A DNA stretch of 64,000 bases from positions 1,088,001 through 1,152,000 of the forward strand of contig CBDDIJ010000002.1 of assembly GCA_965228855.1 (NCBI GenBank). Direction: 5' to 3'. Position 1 is the stretch's first letter; each line of letters begins with the position of its first letter. The notes beneath the pieces were generated by a model. That model was not told where the DNA came from and ran no database searches. It saw only the letters and a list, made by a program, of their open reading frames with translations. The translations under genes were made by a program, and so were the position numbers. The stretch is from Candidatus Obscuribacterales bacterium (GTDB lineage Bacteria > Cyanobacteriota > Vampirovibrionia > Obscuribacterales > Obscuribacteraceae). Positions 30,985 to 38,711 of the stretch are shown here, piece after piece.

Positions 30985-31803
30985 TTAGGAAAAACTACTG
31001 GAGGCTTCCTCCGCCCTCGTCATCGTCGCCACTTCCCACTGCCGCTGAACTTGCGGTTGCGGGGCGATTTGACGCTGACGGCAGAGTCCTCCATCCATGG
31101 CGCTGACCAGCGCGCGACGAGCGTCCGTCTCGAGCTCTTCGAGTTGGAAGCGGAGCGCGTCGCTGTCGTTGAGCTGCTCCACCATGGTCTGGAGCAGTTC
31201 AGTCAGGCTGTCGTAGCGAGCCAACCAGCGGCGCGCATTCAGGAAAGTGGCGTCGCCGTCGAGCCTCACGGCATCAACGACTTCGTCCCCACCCAGATGC
31301 GAACGCAGCGCCAGATAAGTCGCCACTGCACGGTCCCAGGCTTGCGGCTGGTTGGTGCGTGCGCGCCCGACATACGCCTCGATTGCCGCCGGCAGCTCGT
31401 CAGCTGCCACAGCCTGGCGAAGCGAGTCGATCGCGCGTGCTGCCTCGAGCGTGAAAGCCGCCTGTCTCCAGGCGTCGACCATCTCGGGCAGTTCTTCGGG
31501 CTTCTCAGGCTCCAGCAGGTGGAGCAGGAAGCGCTCGGACAACACACGGCGGAGACCGTCGGTTTCGTCCGAGTTCAGGGTCATGAGGTCGAATTCGATA
31601 AGCCCGTTCGAGCGGCTCGTGTTGAGCGTTTCGATGAGCTCGTGATACGCGTCCTCGACCTGGTCGTCCAGCGCGAGATGTTTCGCGCGTGCTTCGCGCT
31701 GACCGTCAGAACCGTCTCGCTGCAAGGCGAGCCAGTCCTCTTTCGCGGTCTCGCGATTCTGCAGCAGCGTGAGCAGCTGCGAGATTTTGAGTTTGAGTGT
31801 CAT
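30985..31803 (-). CDS. Hypothetical alpha-helical/coiled-coil protein
   Basis: GAGGAGG RBS; L/E/A/R-rich 272 aa. Confidence 0.7.
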   Translation of the reverse strand: MTLKLKISQLLTLLQNRETAKEDWLALQRDGSDGQREARAKHLALDDQVEDAYHELIETLNTSRSNGLIEFDLMTLNSDETDGLRRVLSERFLLHLLEPEKPEELPEMVDAWRQAAFTLEAARAIDSLRQAVAADELPAAIEAYVGRARTNQPQAWDRAVATYLALRSHLGGDEVVDAVRLDGDATFLNARRWLARYDSLTELLQTMVEQLNDSDALRFQLEELETDARRALVSAMDGGLCRQRQIAPQPQVQRQWEVATMTRAEEASSSFS

Positions 31804-31935
31804 GGTAATACCCTCCTCGAAGCGCAGCCCATCGAAGTCTCGCGACCTCGACCAACGCGCCTCATTTTTTTTTAGTCACGGTGAGTAAAACCGCATTCCG
31901 CTGTTGGCTGCGCACGCGCAACTTGCAACGAAACC

Positions 31936-32200
31936 GGAAAACCGTCTTCGCGTGCTAGCGAGAACGGTTTCTGGCTTTACGCCAGAGCGACACTTCACTG
32001 GTCTTCCAACAACGGCAGTTGAAAAATTGCGCTCAACAGACCGTCGTCTGCTGACCGCAATGCTCCAAGTAACGCGTAAGCTCGCGCTAGTTATTCCAGA
32101 ACTCGTTGATTAAAACTGGTTTGCAACGCGTTCAGCTCGCACAAGTCTGTCACCACCCGTGATACCGTCCCTGTCCGTGAAGGAAGGAGAAGTTTACTGA
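31936..32200 (-). promoter_or_regulatory. Candidate conserved structured leader motif, copy C
   Basis: Minus strand GCAATTTT (32030), GAAGACC (32006), hairpin TCTGGC/GCCAGA, CGCTAG (31960), GAAGACGGTTTTCC (31949). Confidence 0.5.
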
Positions 32201-32456
32201 AGTGATGAGGAGAGCAGGTGTTAGCTGGAATAATGCCTTGTTTTAGGTGGCTAGAGAAATGTATCTCGACCGTACTCTTATAGCTTTGGCTAAGCAAGAA
32301 ATGAGTCGATGGACTATATCTTCTGAGATTAGATCTCTTCGTATTTCCCCTACTCGCCCGCGCGCGCGTAATAGCGCGGTTCGCGAGAGCAGATTGACTA
32401 CTAAACCGACTAGCTACTAGATAGTATAAAAAGTCTATGTGACGGCGAGCGGCGTT

Positions 32457-32648
32457 CGGCAAGGCATTCCGGATCGACGCTTGGCTTAAGGTCTGTTTTG
32501 GCTACGGCTCGTAGACGCTTTTTCGAAAATCCGGCATCGTGGCGTAGACAAGCGGGGTTTCTCTCAGCCCTGGCGAGATGGTGAATTGCTCGAAAGTCTG
32601 TCTGGGAGCGGGCTGTGCTCCCAAGAAGACTACGGAAAAATATAGTAG
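32457..32648 (+). repeat. ~218-bp-period repeat unit containing palindrome copy 5 (32496-32551), ending ATATAGTAG
   Basis: 32457-32548 nearly identical to 32674-32766; tail homologous to 34020-34121. Confidence 0.9.
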
Positions 32649-32673
32649 GCATGGAGTGGTGGCGGCGCTTGTC

Positions 32674-32766
32674 CGGCAAGGCATTCCCGGATCGACGCTT
32701 GGCTTGAGGTCTGTTTTGGCTACGGCTCGTAGACGCTTTTTCGAAAATCCGGCATCGTGGCGTAGA
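32674..32766 (+). repeat. Left part of the repeat unit with palindrome copy 6, interrupted by IS110
   Basis: Identity to the previous unit stops at CGTAGA and resumes at 34020. Confidence 0.9.
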
Positions 32767-32780
32767 TAGTGTGTTAGGTG

Positions 32781-33743
32781 TCAAGCCAGAGTGCTGTTAA
32801 ACCTGGAATCGAATGGTTGTTTCGAGCGATATACAGCGACCATCATACGGAGAAGTTTGCGTGAGGCGGCACAAACAATTACTTTTCTGTTTTTTCCCTT
32901 TGCTGCCAGTCGTTTAGCGAATTCAGCCACTGGCGGATTAAACCGAGTGGCGGTAAGGGCGGCCATGTACAACATGCTGCGGATCACTGGATTTCCCATC
33001 TTCGAAATTCTGGAACGTCCTCGGACTGAAGAACCGGACTCACGGATCATGGGATTCAGACCACAGAATGCTTCGATCTGGCGCAAGCTCGTAAACGAGT
33101 CCATCATCGACAGTTCTGAGAGAAACGTGAATGCTGTTCTCCAGCCGACGCCCTTAATCGTCTGGAGTAATTTAGCGTTGCTTTTCAAAGCAGGATTCTC
33201 GGAGACCAGCGTCTTCGCCAGCTTTTCCAGTGTTTGAATTTCGTTGGTAATGAACTTCAACATACGCATCTGAGAGTCTAAAGCGCGCTGGTCCAGGCGT
33301 CCCGATTTCATTCGATTTGTGACTTGGGTTTTGGTTTTCTTTAGCGCAGCGAGCTCTCTACAAATGTCTCTCAGGGAGCGAATGTCAGGATCCATCGGAG
33401 ACCAAGGAAGGGGCTCCATTTTAAAACAAAAGTCGGCGATGATTTCCGCATCGATTGCGTCGGTTTTTGAACGTCTAAATTGGCTCTTGCCGAAGGCGTG
33501 TATCAGCGCTGGATTTACCACGCTGACTCGATAGCCAAGTTTGTGTAGAAACTCCGCAAGGGGCTCCCAGAGCTTCCCCGTAGCTTCCATGCAAAAGTGA
33601 ACATCCTTACCGGATGCTTGAATCCATTTGACTATTCTCTTGAACCCAGCTGGGTTATTGCTGACGTGCAGCTTCGAATTCTTCCTGTCCTGGCGATGGC
33701 AGTCTAACGTCTCCTTCGATACGTCGATTCCAACAAAGATCAT
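32781..33743 (-). CDS. IS110-family DEDD recombinase/transposase
   Basis: GIDVSK, CMEATG, KTDAIDA, TIKGVG, ESGSSVRG (catalytic Ser), RKLL; AGGAG RBS. Confidence 0.97.
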   Translation of the reverse strand: MIFVGIDVSKETLDCHRQDRKNSKLHVSNNPAGFKRIVKWIQASGKDVHFCMEATGKLWEPLAEFLHKLGYRVSVVNPALIHAFGKSQFRRSKTDAIDAEIIADFCFKMEPLPWSPMDPDIRSLRDICRELAALKKTKTQVTNRMKSGRLDQRALDSQMRMLKFITNEIQTLEKLAKTLVSENPALKSNAKLLQTIKGVGWRTAFTFLSELSMMDSFTSLRQIEAFCGLNPMIRESGSSVRGRSRISKMGNPVIRSMLYMAALTATRFNPPVAEFAKRLAAKGKNRKVIVCAASRKLLRMMVAVYRSKQPFDSRFNSTLA

Positions 33744-33772
33744 TGCTCCTACCTCCTGTTGCTGGTTCGCTT

Positions 33773-34005
33773 GGACGCGGATAGAATCTTGTCAGGGCGA
33801 GCCTTGTTTACACGTGCTAAATCGGTCAGGATTTGCTGTAGATAGTGTTCAGCCTTAGAGGACAAGACAGGAGCGGAAGTCCGAAATCTACGCCTCTGAC
33901 TTTCTAGCCGGAGACAAAATACTGGTTTCTTCCGCTCCTCTATCCTCGCGTCCTCGGATAGCCTTGCCGACTGCACGCTCCTGGTCAACAGCAACGTACC
34001 AGTCA
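33773..34005 (-). ncRNA. Bridge RNA with target-binding and donor-binding loops (ends approximate)
   Basis: Guides ATTTTGTCT (33920-33912) and GGCGTAG (33894-33888) inside stem GGAGCGGAAG/CTTCCGCTCC; ACACTATCT (33848-33840) and ACAAG (33807-33803) inside stem TCTTGTC/GACAAGA. Confidence 0.85.
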
Positions 34006-34019
34006 ACATCTAACGTACA

Positions 34020-34121
34020 AGACAAACGGAGCGTCCTAGGTCTGGACGGGATGATGAATCGCTGGAAAGTCTCTCTGTGACAGGGTCTTGGTTTCGATGG
34101 CAGTACGAAGGAATATAGTAG
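34020..34121 (+). repeat. Right part of the IS110-interrupted repeat unit
   Basis: AGACAA.CGG...GATG.TGAAT.GCT.GAAAGTCT.TCTG...AATATAGTAG aligns with 32546-32648. Confidence 0.85.
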
Positions 34122-34195
34122 TGGTTCTCTTAGGGGGTTTTGGTGGGGAAGGTGGAATAAGGTGTTGGGACCTCGAAACTTGATTGGAAACCTTG

Positions 34196-35476
34196 ATGAC
34201 GCACAGTGAATTTGCCGAAAGGACCACGCAGCCGATCTACAAACGGCCGCGGGTGCTCATCGCCGATTGCTCCGAAGAGTTGCGCAACTCGATTGTGGGC
34301 TGGCAAAACGAATTGCTCTGCGAGATGTTTATCTGCGACGATCCGGACAGCTCGCTGATGATGGCTGCCGGAAAGAAATTCGAGGCGATCATCATCGGGG
34401 TGGAGGCGGGCGGCGAGGAGCGCGCCCTCAATCTGGCGAGCAAGCTGCATCAGCTTCCGGACAAGAAAAACGTTCCGGTCGCGTTTCTCTTGAGCGACAA
34501 AAGTTCCGAGTCGATTATCGAGAAGGCGCAGCCCAGGTGCTTCGTATGCTTCGAGCAGCCGGAAGACTTCGAGGCGATGGCGAAGATCTCGAATCGTTTG
34601 ATGATTTTCGAGCATTACAACGCGCTGGTGGTTTCATCGGTAGCGCCGGTCACGGCAAAGCTTTCCGGTGCGCTCAAAGATGCGAGCATCAACGCCCGCT
34701 GTTCCTTGCACCCGCACAGATATCTTGAATTTCTCTACGATTTCGAGCCCGAAGTGTTTCTGATCGATGCTGAACTCAAATCGCCAACGCCTGTCGAAAT
34801 CTGCGAGAAGCTTCATCGCTCGAAGAGATGGAATTCGATGGCGGTAATTCTGTTCAGTTCATCAGGTCGAGAGATTGAAACCGAAACGCTTGATCGCTGT
34901 CAGGCAGCGGCGTCGATAGACCTGACCGACGTCGAGAAAACTGGTGCGATCGTCAAAGGCATCGCTCGCGATGTTCGCGAAAAAGCGCAGAAAGGCACTG
35001 AAAATGACTATCTCACCGGACTGCCGTTGTCCAATCAACTGTACGAGAAATATGTTCCGTTGATGGCAGAATCCAAGGGAAGCCCATTAACACTTACTCT
35101 TGCGTTGATTGACATAAAACAGCTGAAGGATGTAAACGACAGCGCCGGTCACGTTGTCGGCGACAGGGTGCTGACTGCCGTAAGCAATTTCTTGATGCAG
35201 CGCGTCGATGGAACACCCGCGATGATTTGTCGATGGGACGAGGATGAATTCGTTGTTGTGCTCAAAGCCACTACTGAAGCTGCGAAATCGTTGATCAAAA
35301 ATGCGATTCTCGATTTTAGTTTGATCAAAATCCCGTCCTACGATCAGCCCGTGAGGCTGCGTGCAGGTGTTTCATCCTTCCCGGATGATGCGGCTTCACT
35401 TGACGCCCTTCTCGACCTGGCGGCATGGCGATTGCATACCGCCAAGAAAGAACCCGATGGGGTGTGCTTCAAGTAA
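34196..35476 (+). CDS. Tandem receiver-like domains plus degenerate GGDEF domain
   Basis: DYLTGL, LALIDI..LKDVNDSAGHVVGDRVL, RWDEDEF in place of R.GGDEF. Confidence 0.85.
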   Translation: MTHSEFAERTTQPIYKRPRVLIADCSEELRNSIVGWQNELLCEMFICDDPDSSLMMAAGKKFEAIIIGVEAGGEERALNLASKLHQLPDKKNVPVAFLLSDKSSESIIEKAQPRCFVCFEQPEDFEAMAKISNRLMIFEHYNALVVSSVAPVTAKLSGALKDASINARCSLHPHRYLEFLYDFEPEVFLIDAELKSPTPVEICEKLHRSKRWNSMAVILFSSSGREIETETLDRCQAAASIDLTDVEKTGAIVKGIARDVREKAQKGTENDYLTGLPLSNQLYEKYVPLMAESKGSPLTLTLALIDIKQLKDVNDSAGHVVGDRVLTAVSNFLMQRVDGTPAMICRWDEDEFVVVLKATTEAAKSLIKNAILDFSLIKIPSYDQPVRLRAGVSSFPDDAASLDALLDLAAWRLHTAKKEPDGVCFK

Positions 35477-35519
35477 GTAACTGACTTAGCGAGGCTATCG
35501 AGAGCTTCGCTAGCGAGGA

Positions 35520-36104
35520 CTATTTGTCGCTGGGCGGCCGCATCACGGATACGAACTTACTGGACCACTGTTCGCGTCCTTCGAAGTTTTTGGTTCGGAA
35601 GTTGTGAGAGTAGATTTTTCCGTCCTCTCCGACGATTCCAACGTTTCGTCCCGGCCGGCGGTCGGTGTTTGTGAAAATGATATCGCCGGGTTTGGCCTGC
35701 TCGGCGGATGTGATGTCGACTTTTTCCCAGCCTGCCTTCTCGAGTTGGTTCGCCAGATTCTCCACGTTCATCGTGGGGGCAATTTCGGCACCACTTGCTT
35801 TCAGCAGCGAACTGACCGCAGTGGCAGAAGATAAGCCATTATCCGAGCGAACACCAAGATTTTGACCATCAAACAGTTGCGCTGCCTTGGCGACGGTCGC
35901 CGGAACGCCTGCCTGATCCATCGAGGGCATCATGCCATTGCCCAACATCTGTTCGTTTATCGAGCCCAGCCTGGAGCTTAAATCGGCAGATCCAGCTTTA
36001 GTTGCTTCCTGATTGTCAACTGAAAGTCGTTGCCCGCTTTCAGGCGTTTTTTCAATAACAGGAATTTCAGCTGCTTTGTCGCTGTTACTGTTTCTCTCGG
36101 TCAT
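35520..36104 (-). CDS. NlpC/P60-CHAP-like domain protein, probably catalytically inactive
   Basis: SSATAVSSLL...LEKAGW...AKPGDIIF...NVGIV: Ser and Asn at the usual Cys and His positions. Confidence 0.55.
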   Translation of the reverse strand: MTERNSNSDKAAEIPVIEKTPESGQRLSVDNQEATKAGSADLSSRLGSINEQMLGNGMMPSMDQAGVPATVAKAAQLFDGQNLGVRSDNGLSSATAVSSLLKASGAEIAPTMNVENLANQLEKAGWEKVDITSAEQAKPGDIIFTNTDRRPGRNVGIVGEDGKIYSHNFRTKNFEGREQWSSKFVSVMRPPSDK

Positions 36105-36302
36105 GGATTCAACCTCAAAATGCCTGCTCTATGACACTATGCCCAGGACCGGTCGGCTCGAACCCCTTGACTACTAGCCCTGAGTAGGAACCTGAGCAGT
36201 GGCGCAGAGCCACACCTCAGCTCAGAGCGAAACAGGAGCCATAGCAGACCCAGGAGCCAAAATCAGATCCAGATCCAGATCCAGAGCCGCGGAAACGGGC
36301 GC

Positions 36303-37172
36303 CTAACGACGCGGGAGAATGTACAGCGACATGTTCTTGTACTGCGGCTTTCCGTTTTCGTCGTAGAACTTCTCGTTTATGTTCTGGTCTACAACCGCGC
36401 CGGTGCGCCAGTTGTTGTGAATTACGCGAACTTCGCCGTTGCGTTTTTCGATGAAACCAATGTGATTTGAGCCATCGGAAACGTTTTTTGTCCCGGCGAT
36501 GAAACCGATCGGCCCATCAGGAAATTTGCTGATGTCGAAATCTCCGCTTAACGGAACTCGCCTGAAGCCGTGCTCTCCGAGCCATTGGCTGAGACCGGTG
36601 ACACTGATTTTGTAGTCGCGTTCGCGCATGAAGCCGGATTGCATCAGCCAGTCGCTCGATGTAGAAGCGCACTGAACGTTCTGTTCGATGACCATACCGG
36701 CAAATTCACTCGCGCCTTTCGGCACCCGATTGCCGAGCTTGGATTCGCCGACACTGTCGCGTGCCGCGCTCATCAACGCGTCCGCTGTTCCCCCGCTTCT
36801 GTTTGACGTGCGGCGGTCTGCGACCTGAATGAGTTCCGGCTGTCCATCGCCCTGGAGACTGAGATTGCCGAGTGACATCGACGCAACTTCGATAGGCGCA
36901 TTGTCCGACGGGCTTGTTCGCATTGATGCAGCCTGTACCAGATCTTTGCCGGATAAACTGCTGCCGTCACCGTTGACGAATGTTGGTGTCGACAACGAAT
37001 CTGCAATTTTCGAGTCAGGAGGCGCGCTACTGACGTCCGTGACCGACGCGCTACTAGTGTCGGTCGTCGTCGAGCTGGGTTGCGGTTTGTTCCAGGTCCC
37101 CTCCAGGAGCGCGCTTTGAACATCCGTGTTTTTGCCAGTTACGGCGTGAGCGTCGTGTGATTCTAGTCCCAT
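36303..37172 (-). CDS. NlpC/P60-CHAP-like Cys-His peptidoglycan amidase candidate
   Basis: QCASTSSDWL...WLGEHGF...NHIGFI...IHN; S/T-rich N-terminal half. Confidence 0.55.
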   Translation of the reverse strand: MGLESHDAHAVTGKNTDVQSALLEGTWNKPQPSSTTTDTSSASVTDVSSAPPDSKIADSLSTPTFVNGDGSSLSGKDLVQAASMRTSPSDNAPIEVASMSLGNLSLQGDGQPELIQVADRRTSNRSGGTADALMSAARDSVGESKLGNRVPKGASEFAGMVIEQNVQCASTSSDWLMQSGFMRERDYKISVTGLSQWLGEHGFRRVPLSGDFDISKFPDGPIGFIAGTKNVSDGSNHIGFIEKRNGEVRVIHNNWRTGAVVDQNINEKFYDENGKPQYKNMSLYILPRR

Positions 37173-37442
37173 GGGTTCTATAACTTCAGCGAGAAAGCGA
37201 GTGGTTTTAGTAAGTTTCTCTTTTATACGCCGCCAATGTGACGTGCGCGTGACCGATATCAATATGCCCGAAACGCCGCCAATCAAACTGCTACAGCGAT
37301 TGCAGACGTTCTCTCCCATCAAGTTTCAGTGGTCTCGGATAAATTGATCGTCCTACAGATGAAACAGACTGGGTAGAAAGATTCAAGGAAGTCACCGGCC
37401 GACACTTCAACAGGTCAGCAGTCAAACTTCGGCAGGAAAGAC

Positions 37443-38600
37443 ATGCAGTTAATTCGTAGCAGCTTGTTAATAGGAGTGGTATCGCATTCGGTGTTGCTGT
37501 TTTCTGCTGCGAACTTGCCCTGTCACGCCAACGCCACCTCGGCTGCACTCGTTAAACATGCCAACCAGCTGTGCTCTGCCAAGCGATACAAGGCGAGCGC
37601 TGATGAGTTGCGCCGCGCAGTAGCTGCCGATCCCAAAGACTATGACGCTCGCGTTGCTCTCGCGACCGTTCTAACAACACTCGGTGACAAAGATGGCGCT
37701 CTGGAGCACGCTACTGCAGCGATAAAAATGAGACCGGATCGAGTCGAAGGTTATAAGTGCAGAGCGGACATATATTTCAAAAAGAAGCAACCACAGATGG
37801 TGATTGATGACGCCACTAAGGCCATCAAGCTGGATTCCAAAGACCCGCATCTATACTTGCTCAGAGCAAGCGGCTACTTCTTTCTGACTGAGTTTGCAAA
37901 GGATAACGCGGACGATTCAAAACGTTCTCAAGCTGATTTAGATATGGCTTTAAAGCTAAATCCAAAATCTGCTCAGGCTCACTATTACAGGGGCTGCTGG
38001 TATGTGATGCAGAAAAACCTTCCACAAGCTATCGCGTGTTTTACAAAAGCCAACGAGCTGGACCCGAAGGATTCGGCGCCTTTGCGATATCGAAGCATGG
38101 CTTACAGTGCGACGAAGCAGTATGCGAAAGCCGCAAAGGATCTTGACCGCGTCATTGCGTTGAGCCCCAAGTCGGCCGAAGGCTGGCAGGCGAGAGCCGG
38201 TAACTATGAGCTTATGGGAGAATATCAGAAGGCATTTGACGATTACACTCAATCTTTAGCTCTTGCCAGCAAGAAGTTTAGAACTCGTTATTCCCGAGCG
38301 GCAGTGGCGATTAAGCTGAAACGGTTTCGCGATGCAATCGCAGATTATGATGCAATTCTTGCTGCAAATGCGCTTGATGACGAAGCTTTGAAACTGCGCG
38401 GTGATTGCTTTGTCAAGTTGAATGAATATAGCAAGGCTGTTGCTGACTACAATGAGGCGATCGATTTGTCCCCTGAGGCAGCTAGTTATTACGAGGCTCG
38501 CAGTCGGGTTCACAGCCTTCTGAGAAACGCGGGGGCTGCTAAGAAGGATGCCGAAAAGGCGAAGGCTTTGCGCTCAAGACCAGCGGAACTGAAAATCTAA
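37443..38600 (+). CDS. Secreted TPR-repeat protein
   Basis: Signal peptide; about 9 canonical TPRs. Confidence 0.88.
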   Translation: MQLIRSSLLIGVVSHSVLLFSAANLPCHANATSAALVKHANQLCSAKRYKASADELRRAVAADPKDYDARVALATVLTTLGDKDGALEHATAAIKMRPDRVEGYKCRADIYFKKKQPQMVIDDATKAIKLDSKDPHLYLLRASGYFFLTEFAKDNADDSKRSQADLDMALKLNPKSAQAHYYRGCWYVMQKNLPQAIACFTKANELDPKDSAPLRYRSMAYSATKQYAKAAKDLDRVIALSPKSAEGWQARAGNYELMGEYQKAFDDYTQSLALASKKFRTRYSRAAVAIKLKRFRDAIADYDAILAANALDDEALKLRGDCFVKLNEYSKAVADYNEAIDLSPEAASYYEARSRVHSLLRNAGAAKKDAEKAKALRSRPAELKI

Positions 38601-38711
38601 CGAGCTCTCGGTCGCCGACTCAGTTTCTCGATCTGTCACTGAATTTAAGAACATAAGATCAAACTGTTTGTGATCAGTCCCTATATACTGTGTGTGTAGA
38701 GCGGAATTACC

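Larger units (their letters stand above)
32764..34021 (-). mobile_element. IS110-family insertion sequence (IS621-like bridge recombinase element)
   Basis: Bounded by CT cores (AG at 32764-65 and 34020-21 on +); excision restores the repeat; no TIRs; long 5' and very short 3' non-coding ends. Confidence 0.93.

Noticed and set aside
29328..31875. Overlapping alternative-frame and + strand ORFs across the GC-rich operon
   Set aside because: High-GC shadow ORFs; the chosen minus-strand frames have RBSs and do not overlap
7579..32766. Palindromes as integron attC sites
   Set aside because: No RYYYAAC/GTTRRRY ends, no integrase in the window, and no one-per-gene array
32091..32784. Short ORFs over the repeat units
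   Set aside because: Translations of non-coding repeats with no coding signals
33749..34009. 86-aa ORF upstream of the IS110 recombinase
   Set aside because: Coincides with the bridge RNA stems and guides, has no evident RBS and no recognisable domain
32764..34021. IS1111-subgroup assignment
   Set aside because: The long non-coding end is upstream of the ORF and no long sub-terminal inverted repeats are evident
36263..36285. CAGATC hexamer run
   Set aside because: Short intergenic microsatellite of about three units with no supportable function
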